Shown here: piece after piece, positions 1 through 8,624 of the stretch
Position numbering within the stretch: the stretch's first letter is position 1
Layout of the letters: each line of letters opens with the position of its first letter
NCBI GenBank assembly: GCA_005223125.1
Contig: NJBH01000040.1
Location: 1 to 31,813 of the forward strand
Reading direction: 5' to 3'
DNA from: Promethearchaeota archaeon Loki_b32
GTDB lineage: Archaea; Asgardarchaeota; Lokiarchaeia; Sigyniarchaeales; SOKP01
Length of the DNA stretch: 31,813 bases
Notes under the pieces: generated by a model
The model's database searches: none
Told to the model about the DNA's origin: nothing
Seen by the model: the letters and a program-made list of their open reading frames with translations, nothing else
Position numbers and translations under genes: made by a program

Positions 1-352
1 TTCCCTGGACTCTTGATGACCCTGAAAATTTAATATCTTGATGGACTTCGATTTTATTTCCCGCCCTCAGCGATCCGGAATTCACTAAATCCTTTTTAAC
101 AAAAATCTCCCCTCTTACTGACGTAGAACCAGAAAGTCTAACATCTCCTTCTACATTTAGGGCGCCACTTAGTCGAAAGGATCCAGAATTCTTTGTATCA
201 CCAAGAACATTGAGATTACCTTCCACTCTCGTTGAACCCGATGAACTAAAAGCATTACATTCAAAATCTCCCGCGATTCTAACCGAACCCGAAACATGTA
301 ATTCATCCTCAATTTTACCCCCTGATAGTTTTCCTGAACCAGAAATTCTCAT
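1..352 (-). CDS. Polymer-forming cytoskeletal (bactofilin-like / YhbE-YhbF-like) beta-helix repeat protein, 3' end outside window
   Basis: Not in ORF track. ATG at 352 with GGAGGT SD at 361-366. Translates MRISGSGKLSGGKIEDELHVSGSVRIAGDFECNAFSSSGSTRVEGNLNVLGDTKNSGSFRLSGALNVEGDVRLSGST..., i.e. repeated SGSxxxxGxxxV units, open to the window edge. Confidence 0.75.
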   Translation of the reverse strand, partial: MRISGSGKLSGGKIEDELHVSGSVRIAGDFECNAFSSSGSTRVEGNLNVLGDTKNSGSFRLSGALNVEGDVRLSGSTSVRGEIFVKKDLVNSGSLRAGNKIEVHQDIKFSGSSRVQG

Positions 353-373
353 CTTGTTTTACCTCCAATTGAA

Positions 374-472
374 CTACAAAATCAAATTAAGATACTTAGT
401 ATTGGTATACAATTTGGTTTTTATTTCTTTATAATATTTATTTCCTCTTTCTATTCTTTCTAATTTCTCCAT
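374..472 (-). CDS. 32-aa small ORF / possible leader peptide upstream of the bactofilin-like gene
   Basis: ATG 472, TAG 374-376, MEKLERIERGNKYYKEIKTKLYTNTKYLNLIL. Preceded by the same AATTGGAGGT element (482-491) as the downstream gene (361-370). Confidence 0.5.
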   Translation of the reverse strand: MEKLERIERGNKYYKEIKTKLYTNTKYLNLIL

Positions 473-681
473 TTTTTATTAACCTCCAATTTTCCAACTT
501 TTTTGTGAGTAATTATTTTATAATTTTGATGATCATGATAAAAAAATAAAAAAAATAAAATATTTAGAAAATTCTTAAATATCCTTTAAGAGCATTCTTA
601 ATTATTATTAATTCCCTACTGTCCAAACTTTTTTTATTCATTTTTTTTTTCCACCGTTTTTTTTTATTTTTTTTTTTTTTG

Positions 682-861
682 AGTGTGTATTTTTTTTTTT
701 CTAATTAAAAAATATACACACTAATATTTAAATGTTGTGGATCGTGTGTGTATTTTTTCGACTACAAAAATTTGAGTATTGTGAGGAAAAGCATTTTAAT
801 CATATTCCATAAGATTTTATATCAGTGTGTATAAAAACACTACTTTAATTTTCGATACACA
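682..861. promoter_or_regulatory. Array of TGTGTAT/ATACACA motifs, candidate transcription-factor operators
   Basis: Perfect 9-bp inverted repeat AGTGTGTAT (682-690) / ATACACACT (714-722). Further copies at 746-753, 825-832 and 855-861. Confidence 0.45.
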
Positions 862-1063
862 ATAAATTTAAATATAGGAAACCATATATCGTTCTAAGAC
901 AAGAATTAATAAGCGAATAATGAAGATAATTACTGAAACTTTAATGTATCTTGAAAATATGTGAAGGTTTAAATGTTTATGAGAATATTGCTAAAAAGAT
1001 AGAAAAACCTTTAGAGGAAAAGATATGTTAAAAGAAAGTGGATAAAAGGAGATTGGTGTTATT

Positions 1064-1162
1064 ATGAGTGAGGATAAAAAATTAAAAAAGAAAGATGAAG
1101 AAAAATGGATGATTGATTTAGATAAATCATTATCAGAATTAATAAGGGAAAGTAACAAATAA
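1064..1162 (+). CDS. 32-aa hypothetical peptide or gene remnant
   Basis: MSEDKKLKKKDEEKWMIDLDKSLSELIRESNK; purine-rich, coding-like composition; GGAG upstream. Confidence 0.3.
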   Translation: MSEDKKLKKKDEEKWMIDLDKSLSELIRESNK

Positions 1163-1344
1163 TGTGAAAATTAGTTTTATAAGCAAGTTTGAATATATAA
1201 GATTAGGAAATTGATTATTTTGGAAGGATGAAGCTTGGAACTGAATTAAAAAAATTACATAGGTGAATTAAAAAAGAAAAAGAATATAAAGAAAAATCAG
1301 ATTATGATATTTTTCTAGAAGAAAAACTTATAATTAATAATGAG

Positions 1345-1911
1345 ATGAAATCTAAAGGAAATAACAAGAAGGATCTATCCCAAAGGCTTCAATTCTTAAG
1401 AAAAATTTTAAGAATTATAGAAGATGGTGGTACAGGATTTGATTTAGCCTACGAGGTTGAGAAAAATAAAGAAATTAATAATTTTCTTCATGATGGAATC
1501 TTGTTTTATAACGTATTTATTGAAATTGGGAATAAAAAATTTATAGTTTTACCTGATAAAAGGAAATTGGATTATAAATCTTTTAAAACGATTGAAGATA
1601 CTGAAAAATATATCTTTATGGTGTGGTTAAAAGATATTATTGCTTCTTTAGAAAGAGTTGTTAAACCTAAGGAAGATTATTTTAAATATGTTAAATTACG
1701 AAAAAAAAAAGAAGCAAAAGATAAATTGCGTGAAAAGGTAAGTTATTGTCAAAATTGTGGAGTTAATCTATTTGAGAGTATTTCAAAATAATTATTAGCT
1801 CAAGATTCATTATTTTTGATTTATTGTCCTGAGTGTTATTTCAACCGTCCTGAAAGGCCGTTTAAACTAAAAAGAGGGTACCTTAATTACTATAGTAGAA
1901 CTAAGAGATAG
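1345..1911 (+). pseudogene. Hypothetical protein with C-terminal zinc ribbon interrupted by an in-frame TAA (1789-1791)
   Basis: The track ORF ends after CQNC. The same frame continues LLAQDSLFLIYCPECYFNRPERPFKLKRGYLNYYSRTKR to TAG 1909-1911, supplying the second CxxC. Confidence 0.6.
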
Positions 1912-1967
1912 TTAAATTGGTTAGTTTTTATTATCACTTCTTTGAAACTATTGGTTCCTAATTATTT

Positions 1968-2291
1968 TTAATTCTCTACTTTAATTAAATCATTAAGTTG
2001 TAATAGGTTTCCAAAAACTGTTTTTCCTTTTTCAGTAAGTCCGATATATTCTTCTCCATTGTTAGAATCAAGTTGAATTAAATTCATTTCCAGGAGTTTA
2101 TCTTTTAAACGCAAAAAGGAATTATAGTTGCTAAATTCATTAAGTTTTTTATAAAAATCTCCTTTTTCTGCTCTATAATCTCGATACTGTGAAAGAACCT
2201 GAAAAGTGTTAAAAAAACCACGTTTATTTAAAACTAAATATAATTTCTCAAAATCCATATAATATGACCCTTTAAAAAAATATATTCCCAA
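1968..2291 (-). CDS. Small winged-helix DNA-binding protein (start probably ATG 2258)
   Basis: C-terminal LLEMNLIQ...YIGLTEKGKTV wing motif typical of MarR/ArsR-like wHTH proteins. Confidence 0.6.
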   Translation of the reverse strand: MGIYFFKGSYYMDFEKLYLVLNKRGFFNTFQVLSQYRDYRAEKGDFYKKLNEFSNYNSFLRLKDKLLEMNLIQLDSNNGEEYIGLTEKGKTVFGNLLQLNDLIKVEN

Positions 2292-2562
2292 GAAGTCTAA
2301 TGGTGACTTAGTACTTATTTATGTTTGCTTTATTTAGGATTTCAAAAAAGTGAAAAAGCGATATTTAAGACATCTTTACATGTTGTTATAGTTTTTTCGG
2401 AATTATGTCGTATCGATTGTGCAATCTTATGTTTAATTTTTTCAAAATATAGATCATCAAATCTTAAAATCTTGTCTCTATGAATACTATAACTATGAAT
2501 TAGGTAAGTATCAAATCAAGAAAAAAAAAAATAAAAAAAAGTATATTAAGATTTTAATATAA

Positions 2563-2901
2563 TTACCCTGCAGTACTCGCAGGGATTAAAAGAATGTCAT
2601 CACCATCGCTTACACTATAATCATCTAAGTGGCTACCTTCATCCATTGTAACTCCACCAGATGATAAATGAAAATCGTTTGGGTTAAGTCCAAATAAATT
2701 ACCCAAGGTTTGTTTTATATCTTTTACTCGATTACTGTTATTCACAGTTAATTTTTCTTTCTTTTCGCCAGGTCCAATGGTTGACATAAAATATAGAGTT
2801 ACTTTCTTTCCTGCTGAGGGTCTTTTAGAAGCGGGTGTTTTAGATTTTACAGGTTCTTCCCCTACTAATTCTAAATCCTCATCAAAATCATCAAAACTCA
2901 T
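2563..2901 (-). CDS. Ubiquitin-like (beta-grasp) protein with acidic/basic N-terminal extension, ending in STAG
   Basis: KVTLYF...KLTVNNSNRVKDIKQTLG...PNDFHLSSGGVTMDEGSHLDDYSVSDGDDILLIP matches the ubiquitin pattern (TV..IK, L...G..L.D...L.DY.I..G..I.L). Confidence 0.8.
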   Translation of the reverse strand: MSFDDFDEDLELVGEEPVKSKTPASKRPSAGKKVTLYFMSTIGPGEKKEKLTVNNSNRVKDIKQTLGNLFGLNPNDFHLSSGGVTMDEGSHLDDYSVSDGDDILLIPASTAG

Positions 2902-3097
2902 TCAGATCACATTTATTTTATTTTTTAATTTAAAATTTTATTTAACTTAAGAAAAAAGCATCAATAAGACATTATAAACCCCTTTGGAATGATTTTGAAG
3001 TTTTTTAAGATAATTTTAAAATAAGAAGTTAAGAATGTATTTTCAATAAATCTCCACACTATTTTCTCTTAAATTTAATGATTTTTTATTAATTTTA

Positions 3098-3325
3098 ATG
3101 AGTTCCAACTTTATAGAAAAAGATCAAGATTCATATGAGCCGGTTAGTGTAGTTAAATGTTATTTTGCAAAAAATAACCAAAAAATGGTTTTTATTAAAT
3201 TACCTAATGGTAAGATAGTTTGCGTGCCAAAAACAACAATCCAATCTGATTTCTTAAGAGATAGAAACGTTTTACAAGAATTAATCATAGATGATTGGAT
3301 TTTAAGAAAGCTTGGTTTGATTTGA
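3098..3325 (+). CDS. Small hypothetical beta-rich protein
   Basis: 75-aa ORF; VPKTTI...IDDWILRK pattern suggests a small SH3-like barrel. Confidence 0.6.
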   Translation: MSSNFIEKDQDSYEPVSVVKCYFAKNNQKMVFIKLPNGKIVCVPKTTIQSDFLRDRNVLQELIIDDWILRKLGLI

Positions 3326-3605
3326 AGAATTAATTGAAAAGATCTTCAATTTAATTAATTTCTCATTAAAATGCGAATCATTTTTTCTCATTCTCAAATT
3401 TTATTTATTTTTATAGTCCAACAATTGTCCAAATATCCAAAGAGGGTTTTGGATGAAAAACTAGAAATATAAAATTTTACTATTTAGAATCAAAGAAGTA
3501 TAGAAAATATGTATTTTTAGGAAATTGACAATAATAAATTTGCAATGAAAGTTAGATTTAAATATTAATTAAAAAAGTATATAAGACATAGAAAGGAAAG
3601 TAGTT

Positions 3606-4268
3606 ATGAACATTAGTCAATTAAGGTCTAAATATAAAGATAAAATAGGTGAGATCAGAGAATATATTCTTAGGAAAAATAAATTTATTTCCTTAGAAGG
3701 TATTGATGAAATCCTTATGTTAATGGAAAAATTAAAAGGGAAGGCCATAAGTGAAATTAGTGATATCTTTATAGAAAAACTATTAAACTATGCAATTAGC
3801 GTTTCTGAAGATAGTAATGAGAGACTAATTAATGACCATCATATTAGAAAAGCAAATCAGATGATGCAAAAAATAGAATTAGACTTAATGAGTAGGATAC
3901 CTGTTATTGAAGAAATATTAGATCACGAAATTTTAACTACTCCGCAGGAAGAACCTGAGTGGTTAGAAAGATTAGAAAAAGAAGTTGTAACGAGTACACT
4001 TGAAGAAAAACTAGAAGTGGATGAAGAAATAAAAGAAGAATTATTAATACCTCCTCCTGAAGAAATCCCAGAAGAAATTGAAATTTTAAAAGAAGAGATC
4101 GCAATTACTCCACAAGAAACCTTAGAAGTAGTTGTGAGCCCCACAGAAGAACTACCAGAAGAAATAGTATCCCATGAACCTAAAGAGATTAATTGCCCTT
4201 TCTGTGCTTTTAAAATTGATAAAGAACTCCGATTTTGCCCCCAATGTGGATATCTTTTAAAGAAATGA
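3606..4268 (+). CDS. Possible histone-fold N-terminus, Glu/Pro-rich linker and C-terminal zinc ribbon
   Basis: C-terminal CPFC-x10-CPQCG; highly acidic middle; N-terminal FIEKLLNYAISVSEDSNERLINDHHIRKA resembles histone a2-L2-a3. Confidence 0.6.
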   Translation: MNISQLRSKYKDKIGEIREYILRKNKFISLEGIDEILMLMEKLKGKAISEISDIFIEKLLNYAISVSEDSNERLINDHHIRKANQMMQKIELDLMSRIPVIEEILDHEILTTPQEEPEWLERLEKEVVTSTLEEKLEVDEEIKEELLIPPPEEIPEEIEILKEEIAITPQETLEVVVSPTEELPEEIVSHEPKEINCPFCAFKIDKELRFCPQCGYLLKK

Positions 4269-4369
4269 GATAAATCAGCTTAAATATCATAATCAATTTT
4301 CTTTTTGAAATATCTAATACAAAATAGTCAATGGGAATTTTAAAATAAGAAGTAATTTTAAGGGATTTA

Positions 4370-5344
4370 ATGAAAAAGTATCTTTCATTCTTTAAGAAAG
4401 TGGTATTGTTATGTTTTATTACACTAAGTTGTATAATTCTTTCTTTTTTTTACTATTATAATGAGCGATATGAGTGGTATTCTATTAAATTACAAATAAA
4501 TTCAATGTTAACTATTAGTTTCTTTATTTTTTTTTTTTTAATCTTGTTCTTTTTAATTGATTTTCCAACATATTTTAAAACATTTCTTTGGATAATATTA
4601 CTCGGAACACCGATTTGGATTGTCATTTATTTTCTTGAATTTCTTGAAATTGAACCGATTTTGTGGAATTGGGATATAATTAGAGAGATTTCTGTTATTA
4701 TATGTATTGCTATATTATCTCCGGGATTATCTTTAAGTATTATTAAATTCATTAAGAATAATTCAAATGAGAATAAGAAAAATAAAGTTTTTTGGAAGTA
4801 CCATGTTCATGAAGGATTCGTAGGGATTTTATTTTTACTAATTGCTTTTTTTTTGTTGATATTAAGATATGTAATGATACAATATGAGGTGTTTAAGAGA
4901 GAATTAAGAATATATTTAGCAATAGACATGGTTCTGTTATTTTTATTTCTTTTTAGTGGAAGTTTTTTAATATTTAGAGATAGGAGAGATATTGTTAAAT
5001 TTAAATTTGTTGAGATGAGAGATAAAAACAAAAAGAATATGGCATCATCAGTGTTTAATCCAATTTCTTCCGATTCTATAAAATTCTTTACATCTCCAAG
5101 GTATAGATTATTTCCATTCGCAATAATACTTAATAGTTTTTCTGTAAACTTATTCATACATGGAACTGATTTCCTGCCAGAAGTGATTTTTAGCTTAAAT
5201 CATGAAATTCTTGTACTTCTGGGAGTTATAAGTTGTTTTATTGCGGGAGCGATGTTAGGAGTTGATTGGTATCGATTATTTGCGAGACTTTACCCAAACT
5301 TATATCAAGAACTTGAGCAAATTTTGAAGAAATTAAAAAATTAA
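4370..5344 (+). CDS. Multi-pass membrane protein, unknown function
   Basis: About 8 hydrophobic segments; YHVHEG motif before a TM helix. Confidence 0.7.
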   Translation: MKKYLSFFKKVVLLCFITLSCIILSFFYYYNERYEWYSIKLQINSMLTISFFIFFFLILFFLIDFPTYFKTFLWIILLGTPIWIVIYFLEFLEIEPILWNWDIIREISVIICIAILSPGLSLSIIKFIKNNSNENKKNKVFWKYHVHEGFVGILFLLIAFFLLILRYVMIQYEVFKRELRIYLAIDMVLLFLFLFSGSFLIFRDRRDIVKFKFVEMRDKNKKNMASSVFNPISSDSIKFFTSPRYRLFPFAIILNSFSVNLFIHGTDFLPEVIFSLNHEILVLLGVISCFIAGAMLGVDWYRLFARLYPNLYQELEQILKKLKN

Positions 5345-5558
5345 GATTGAATAAAAGATTTTAAACTATTACGTGTTGAGGAGTTATGGAAGGAAATTTC
5401 TATAAAATTCCCCTATAATATAAATAGAACTCTTCATTCTTTTGACAAATTAATTTGACATATGCCTTATATTCCAACTCGATATTTTTTCTTTATAAAT
5501 TTTTAAAAGTATGAGAATTCATTGTTAATTTAAGACTTTATAAGGTGTAAGTATAAGA

Positions 5559-5762
5559 ATGGATTATGATGAAACATTTTTAAAAATGCTCCAATTTCTT
5601 CAGCTAACCTATAATAAGTTTCCAAAATTCATGATAGAAGTCATGGCCGAGAAATATGGTATACCTCTTAAAGAGATTAAACCCTTAATGCTTAAATTCA
5701 GAAGGAAAGGAATCTTACAAATATTGAAGGAAGAAGGCTATACCTTTAAACTCAATAAATAA
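5559..5762 (+). CDS. Small winged-helix-like protein
   Basis: 67 aa with AAGGTG SD. MAEKYGIPLKEIKPLMLKFRRKGIL...GYTFKL fits an HTH plus wing. Confidence 0.6.
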   Translation: MDYDETFLKMLQFLQLTYNKFPKFMIEVMAEKYGIPLKEIKPLMLKFRRKGILQILKEEGYTFKLNK

Positions 5763-6024
5763 AATCTTTTATTTAAATATTTATCCTCTAATTTTTTGAA
5801 GGTCTATTTTTTCCACATTTCAAGATATTAGAGGACAATTTAATCTGTCCCGATTGTTCCTAATTATCAAAATATTTTAACGTAATAGTTAGGGTCATTA
5901 GAAGTCCAATTAATTATAATATGAGGGTGGAATCAAATCAATTAAATATTGGAACTTCATATATTATTCACAATCGTAAATAAAATAGAAATTTATGATA
6001 TTGCAAAATTATTGGGTTTAGAAA

Positions 6025-6252
6025 ATGAAGAAAAAACTAGAAGTCGATTTAATCTTTGGCTTAATATTATTGATATTTGGGTCGATTTCTGCCACTTACG
6101 GGATTATAAGTGTAATTATAAACATATCATTAGTACAAACAGGAATTTTCATGTACGTTAAAGATATACTTTTTGATATCATTTTTATACTTCTTGGATT
6201 AATTTTAATTAGAAAGAGAAGGATGACGAATTTACGAGGTCATAATATATAA
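6025..6252 (+). CDS. Small two-TM membrane protein
   Basis: Two hydrophobic helices and a basic tail; its stop overlaps the next ATG (TAATG). Confidence 0.55.
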   Translation: MKKKLEVDLIFGLILLIFGSISATYGIISVIINISLVQTGIFMYVKDILFDIIFILLGLILIRKRRMTNLRGHNI

Positions 6253-6644
6253 TGCCTAGAGATCATTCTACGAATTATAAAGAAATAGAAGAAAATGTTA
6301 TTAAAAAAGCGATTATGGATTATTACCACGAAGGTCATGTGAAAAGTGATCCACAACTCTACCAAAATATTTTACATGATGAATGGAAATTTTATCTATT
6401 TGACGAAAATGAAGATCTGACAATTGTTGATAAAAGGGAATATATGTCTTGGTATGATCCTGATACAGTGAATATTAATTTAACCTGGCAGACAAAATTC
6501 CATTATATAGATGTAACTGAGAATATAGCAGCAGTAAAACTCAGAATTGAGTGTGAGGAGGTAGGGTACATTGATTATTTTAATCTCATGAAGATTAATG
6601 ATGTATGGTGGATAGTCCATAAGATCTCTCACAAATTTAAGTAA
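6252..6644 (+). CDS. NTF2/SnoaL-like (lumazine-binding-2 type) protein
   Basis: IDVTENIAAVKL...YIDYFNLMKINDVWWIVHK C-terminal motif. Confidence 0.8.
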   Translation: MPRDHSTNYKEIEENVIKKAIMDYYHEGHVKSDPQLYQNILHDEWKFYLFDENEDLTIVDKREYMSWYDPDTVNINLTWQTKFHYIDVTENIAAVKLRIECEEVGYIDYFNLMKINDVWWIVHKISHKFK

Positions 6645-6692
6645 AATACTGTTAAATAATTCAGACTTCAGAAATTTTATCAAATGTTAATT

Positions 6693-7472
6693 TTAATAAG
6701 AATTAGGGTTAAATCCAAACAGCATATCCTGAATTTTATTTTTTATTTCTTTTGACACATTATTTACTATATCATCTTGAATATATTCTAAATATTCATA
6801 GAGTACTTCTTCAATTATAGGATCTATTTCTCTTGTCAATTCGCCGATAATTTCATGTTTCTTCAAATATGAATCTTTGTAAGTCTTTAAATAGCTTTTA
6901 TTTATTCTTTTTAGCCATGCATTTCCCTTGTTTTCTAGCATAGAAAGGATTTTTCTAGACTTTGCCGCATTAAAATGTTTAAACTCAAATTCATATTTAG
7001 TTATTTGATCTTCAAAGTATTGTACAATGGATGTTTTTTCTTTTAAATTTAATTCTGTATTGGAATTAAGAAAAATTATAATCATAAAATTATCAAATAG
7101 AAAAAAAATTTTAACTTTGATATTAGAACCATGAATTTCTAAATTTGATAAATTTTGAATATTAGTTTGCCCTGCAAAAGTTTTGAATGAACTGAAATAC
7201 ATTGAAATTAAATCAATTTCTAAAAAATTTTTCTCATCTTCTGATAAATAAGATTTAACTGGGCCATAATTATTTTTGTTCTTAGATGCATATTCAAAAA
7301 CCATATGAGTATTCCCATATTGGTCTGCTACCAAGCATCCAATTATAGGAGGAATTTTATTGAAATTACACGAAGTATATGCACTATTATATAATAATTT
7401 TTCAATATTGATAATGGGTTTTTGAATACCATCATGCTCTTCTTGATAACGATTATCTTGGTCTTGAACCAT
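6693..7472 (-). CDS. Longin/roadblock-like domain protein (Asgard-type)
   Basis: IIGCLVADQYGN...LISMYFSSFKTFA...LEIHGSNIKV...MIIIFLN beta-beta-alpha-beta-beta-beta pattern. Confidence 0.55.
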   Translation of the reverse strand: MVQDQDNRYQEEHDGIQKPIINIEKLLYNSAYTSCNFNKIPPIIGCLVADQYGNTHMVFEYASKNKNNYGPVKSYLSEDEKNFLEIDLISMYFSSFKTFAGQTNIQNLSNLEIHGSNIKVKIFFLFDNFMIIIFLNSNTELNLKEKTSIVQYFEDQITKYEFEFKHFNAAKSRKILSMLENKGNAWLKRINKSYLKTYKDSYLKKHEIIGELTREIDPIIEEVLYEYLEYIQDDIVNNVSKEIKNKIQDMLFGFNPNSY

Positions 7473-7751
7473 CCGATGTTCCTTTTTTTTTTAATGTGTT
7501 GTTACTCCTTGAAGATAAATTATAAATTTGCTTATATCCATAAAATTCTGATATAAACAATTAAGGACACAAACCTCTCTAAAAATATAAGAGAGACTAA
7601 TAAATTTTGAAGAAAGTAAAATTTTATATAAGACAATGGAGCTTTTTTTTTTCACAATATCTAGTTTATGGATTTTTCAATGCTAAATTCTTATAAACAA
7701 ACAAGAATTTAGTGGATAAACAAAAAAGTTTTGTACAAAGAGCATAGTATT

Positions 7752-8315
7752 ATGAAAACAATAATACTCCATGGTAGTCCAAGAAAAAAGGGGAATTCAG
7801 ATACTTTAGTTGAGTATTTCATAAACGGATTAAAACAAAATGGGGTCAAGAAAATAAAACATTTTTACGCCAACGAATTAAACATTAAACCGTGTCAAGG
7901 ATGCTTAACATGCGCAACATCAGTGAATCATCACTGTGCTATCAATGATGATATGGTAGAAATTTATTCTGCCTATAATGATGCCGATATTGTTGTTTTT
8001 GCCACTCCCATGTATTGGGGGTATATGACTGCTCAATTAAAAACCATTTTAGATAGAATGGAAGCTCTTGCTTGGGAAGGCTTTGGAAATAAAACATTTA
8101 TAGTCATAATTACTTATCGCCATCACTGTGAATCAACAGTTGCATTTTTTGAACGGATAGCACCATTTTTTAACATTAAATTACACATATTAACATGCTG
8201 TACATATAATCAAGCTGAACAAAAAGATATACCAATTAAATTATGCCAAGATCAATTAGAAGAAGCGTATCAACTTGGAATTGATATCAGTAGTATTCAA
8301 AAGGATATTAATTAA
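7752..8315 (+). CDS. Iron-sulfur flavoprotein / NADPH-dependent FMN reductase (flavodoxin family)
   Basis: HGSPRKKGNS FMN loop, CxxCxxCx7C motif, ATPMYWG..TAQLK..LDR. ATG 7752 preferred over TTG 7731. Confidence 0.88.
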   Translation: MKTIILHGSPRKKGNSDTLVEYFINGLKQNGVKKIKHFYANELNIKPCQGCLTCATSVNHHCAINDDMVEIYSAYNDADIVVFATPMYWGYMTAQLKTILDRMEALAWEGFGNKTFIVIITYRHHCESTVAFFERIAPFFNIKLHILTCCTYNQAEQKDIPIKLCQDQLEEAYQLGIDISSIQKDIN

Positions 8316-8509
8316 AAGAAAGATTTTATCTAATTTGTGATATAAAAAATATATATGAATATATATAAAGCTATTAAATATATTGATAATTTGAAAAGAG
8401 AACGAATTTTCAAATCCTAATCATAACTTTTAAATATATACTTCTATATATTAGGTTAGGTATAATTATATTTTCAATTAAAATTAAATAAATAAGGCGA
8501 AAAAAAAAA

Positions 8510-8614
8510 ATGACAATTAAAGAGGTTTATGAAATTCTATTAGGGATTATTGGAATTTCTGGGTTAATGGCTTTAGCTGTTGTTTTATTGGTAATAACAG
8601 GTATATTTGTTTAA
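8510..8614 (+). CDS. 34-aa single-helix membrane microprotein
   Basis: MTIKEVYEILLGIIGISGLMALAVVLLVITGIFV; isolated ORF followed by T-runs; not in ORF track. Confidence 0.5.
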   Translation: MTIKEVYEILLGIIGISGLMALAVVLLVITGIFV

Positions 8615-8624
8615 TTTTCTTTTT

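Noticed and set aside
210-434. 74-aa plus-strand ORF in the track
   Set aside because: Antisense shadow of the minus-strand bactofilin-like gene and uORF, which have SD sites and repeat structure.
3432-3455. ATCCAAA/TTTGGAT inverted repeat and nearby TCCAA repeats
   Set aside because: Short and isolated; could arise by chance in AT-rich DNA.
3323-4268. Other genes ending in TGA (3323-3325, 4266-4268) as selenoprotein candidates
   Set aside because: Another stop follows within a few codons and I saw no SECIS-like hairpin downstream.
5795-5863. FEGLFFPHFKILEDNLICPDCS* fragment
   Set aside because: No start codon; too short to call beyond a possible zinc-finger remnant.
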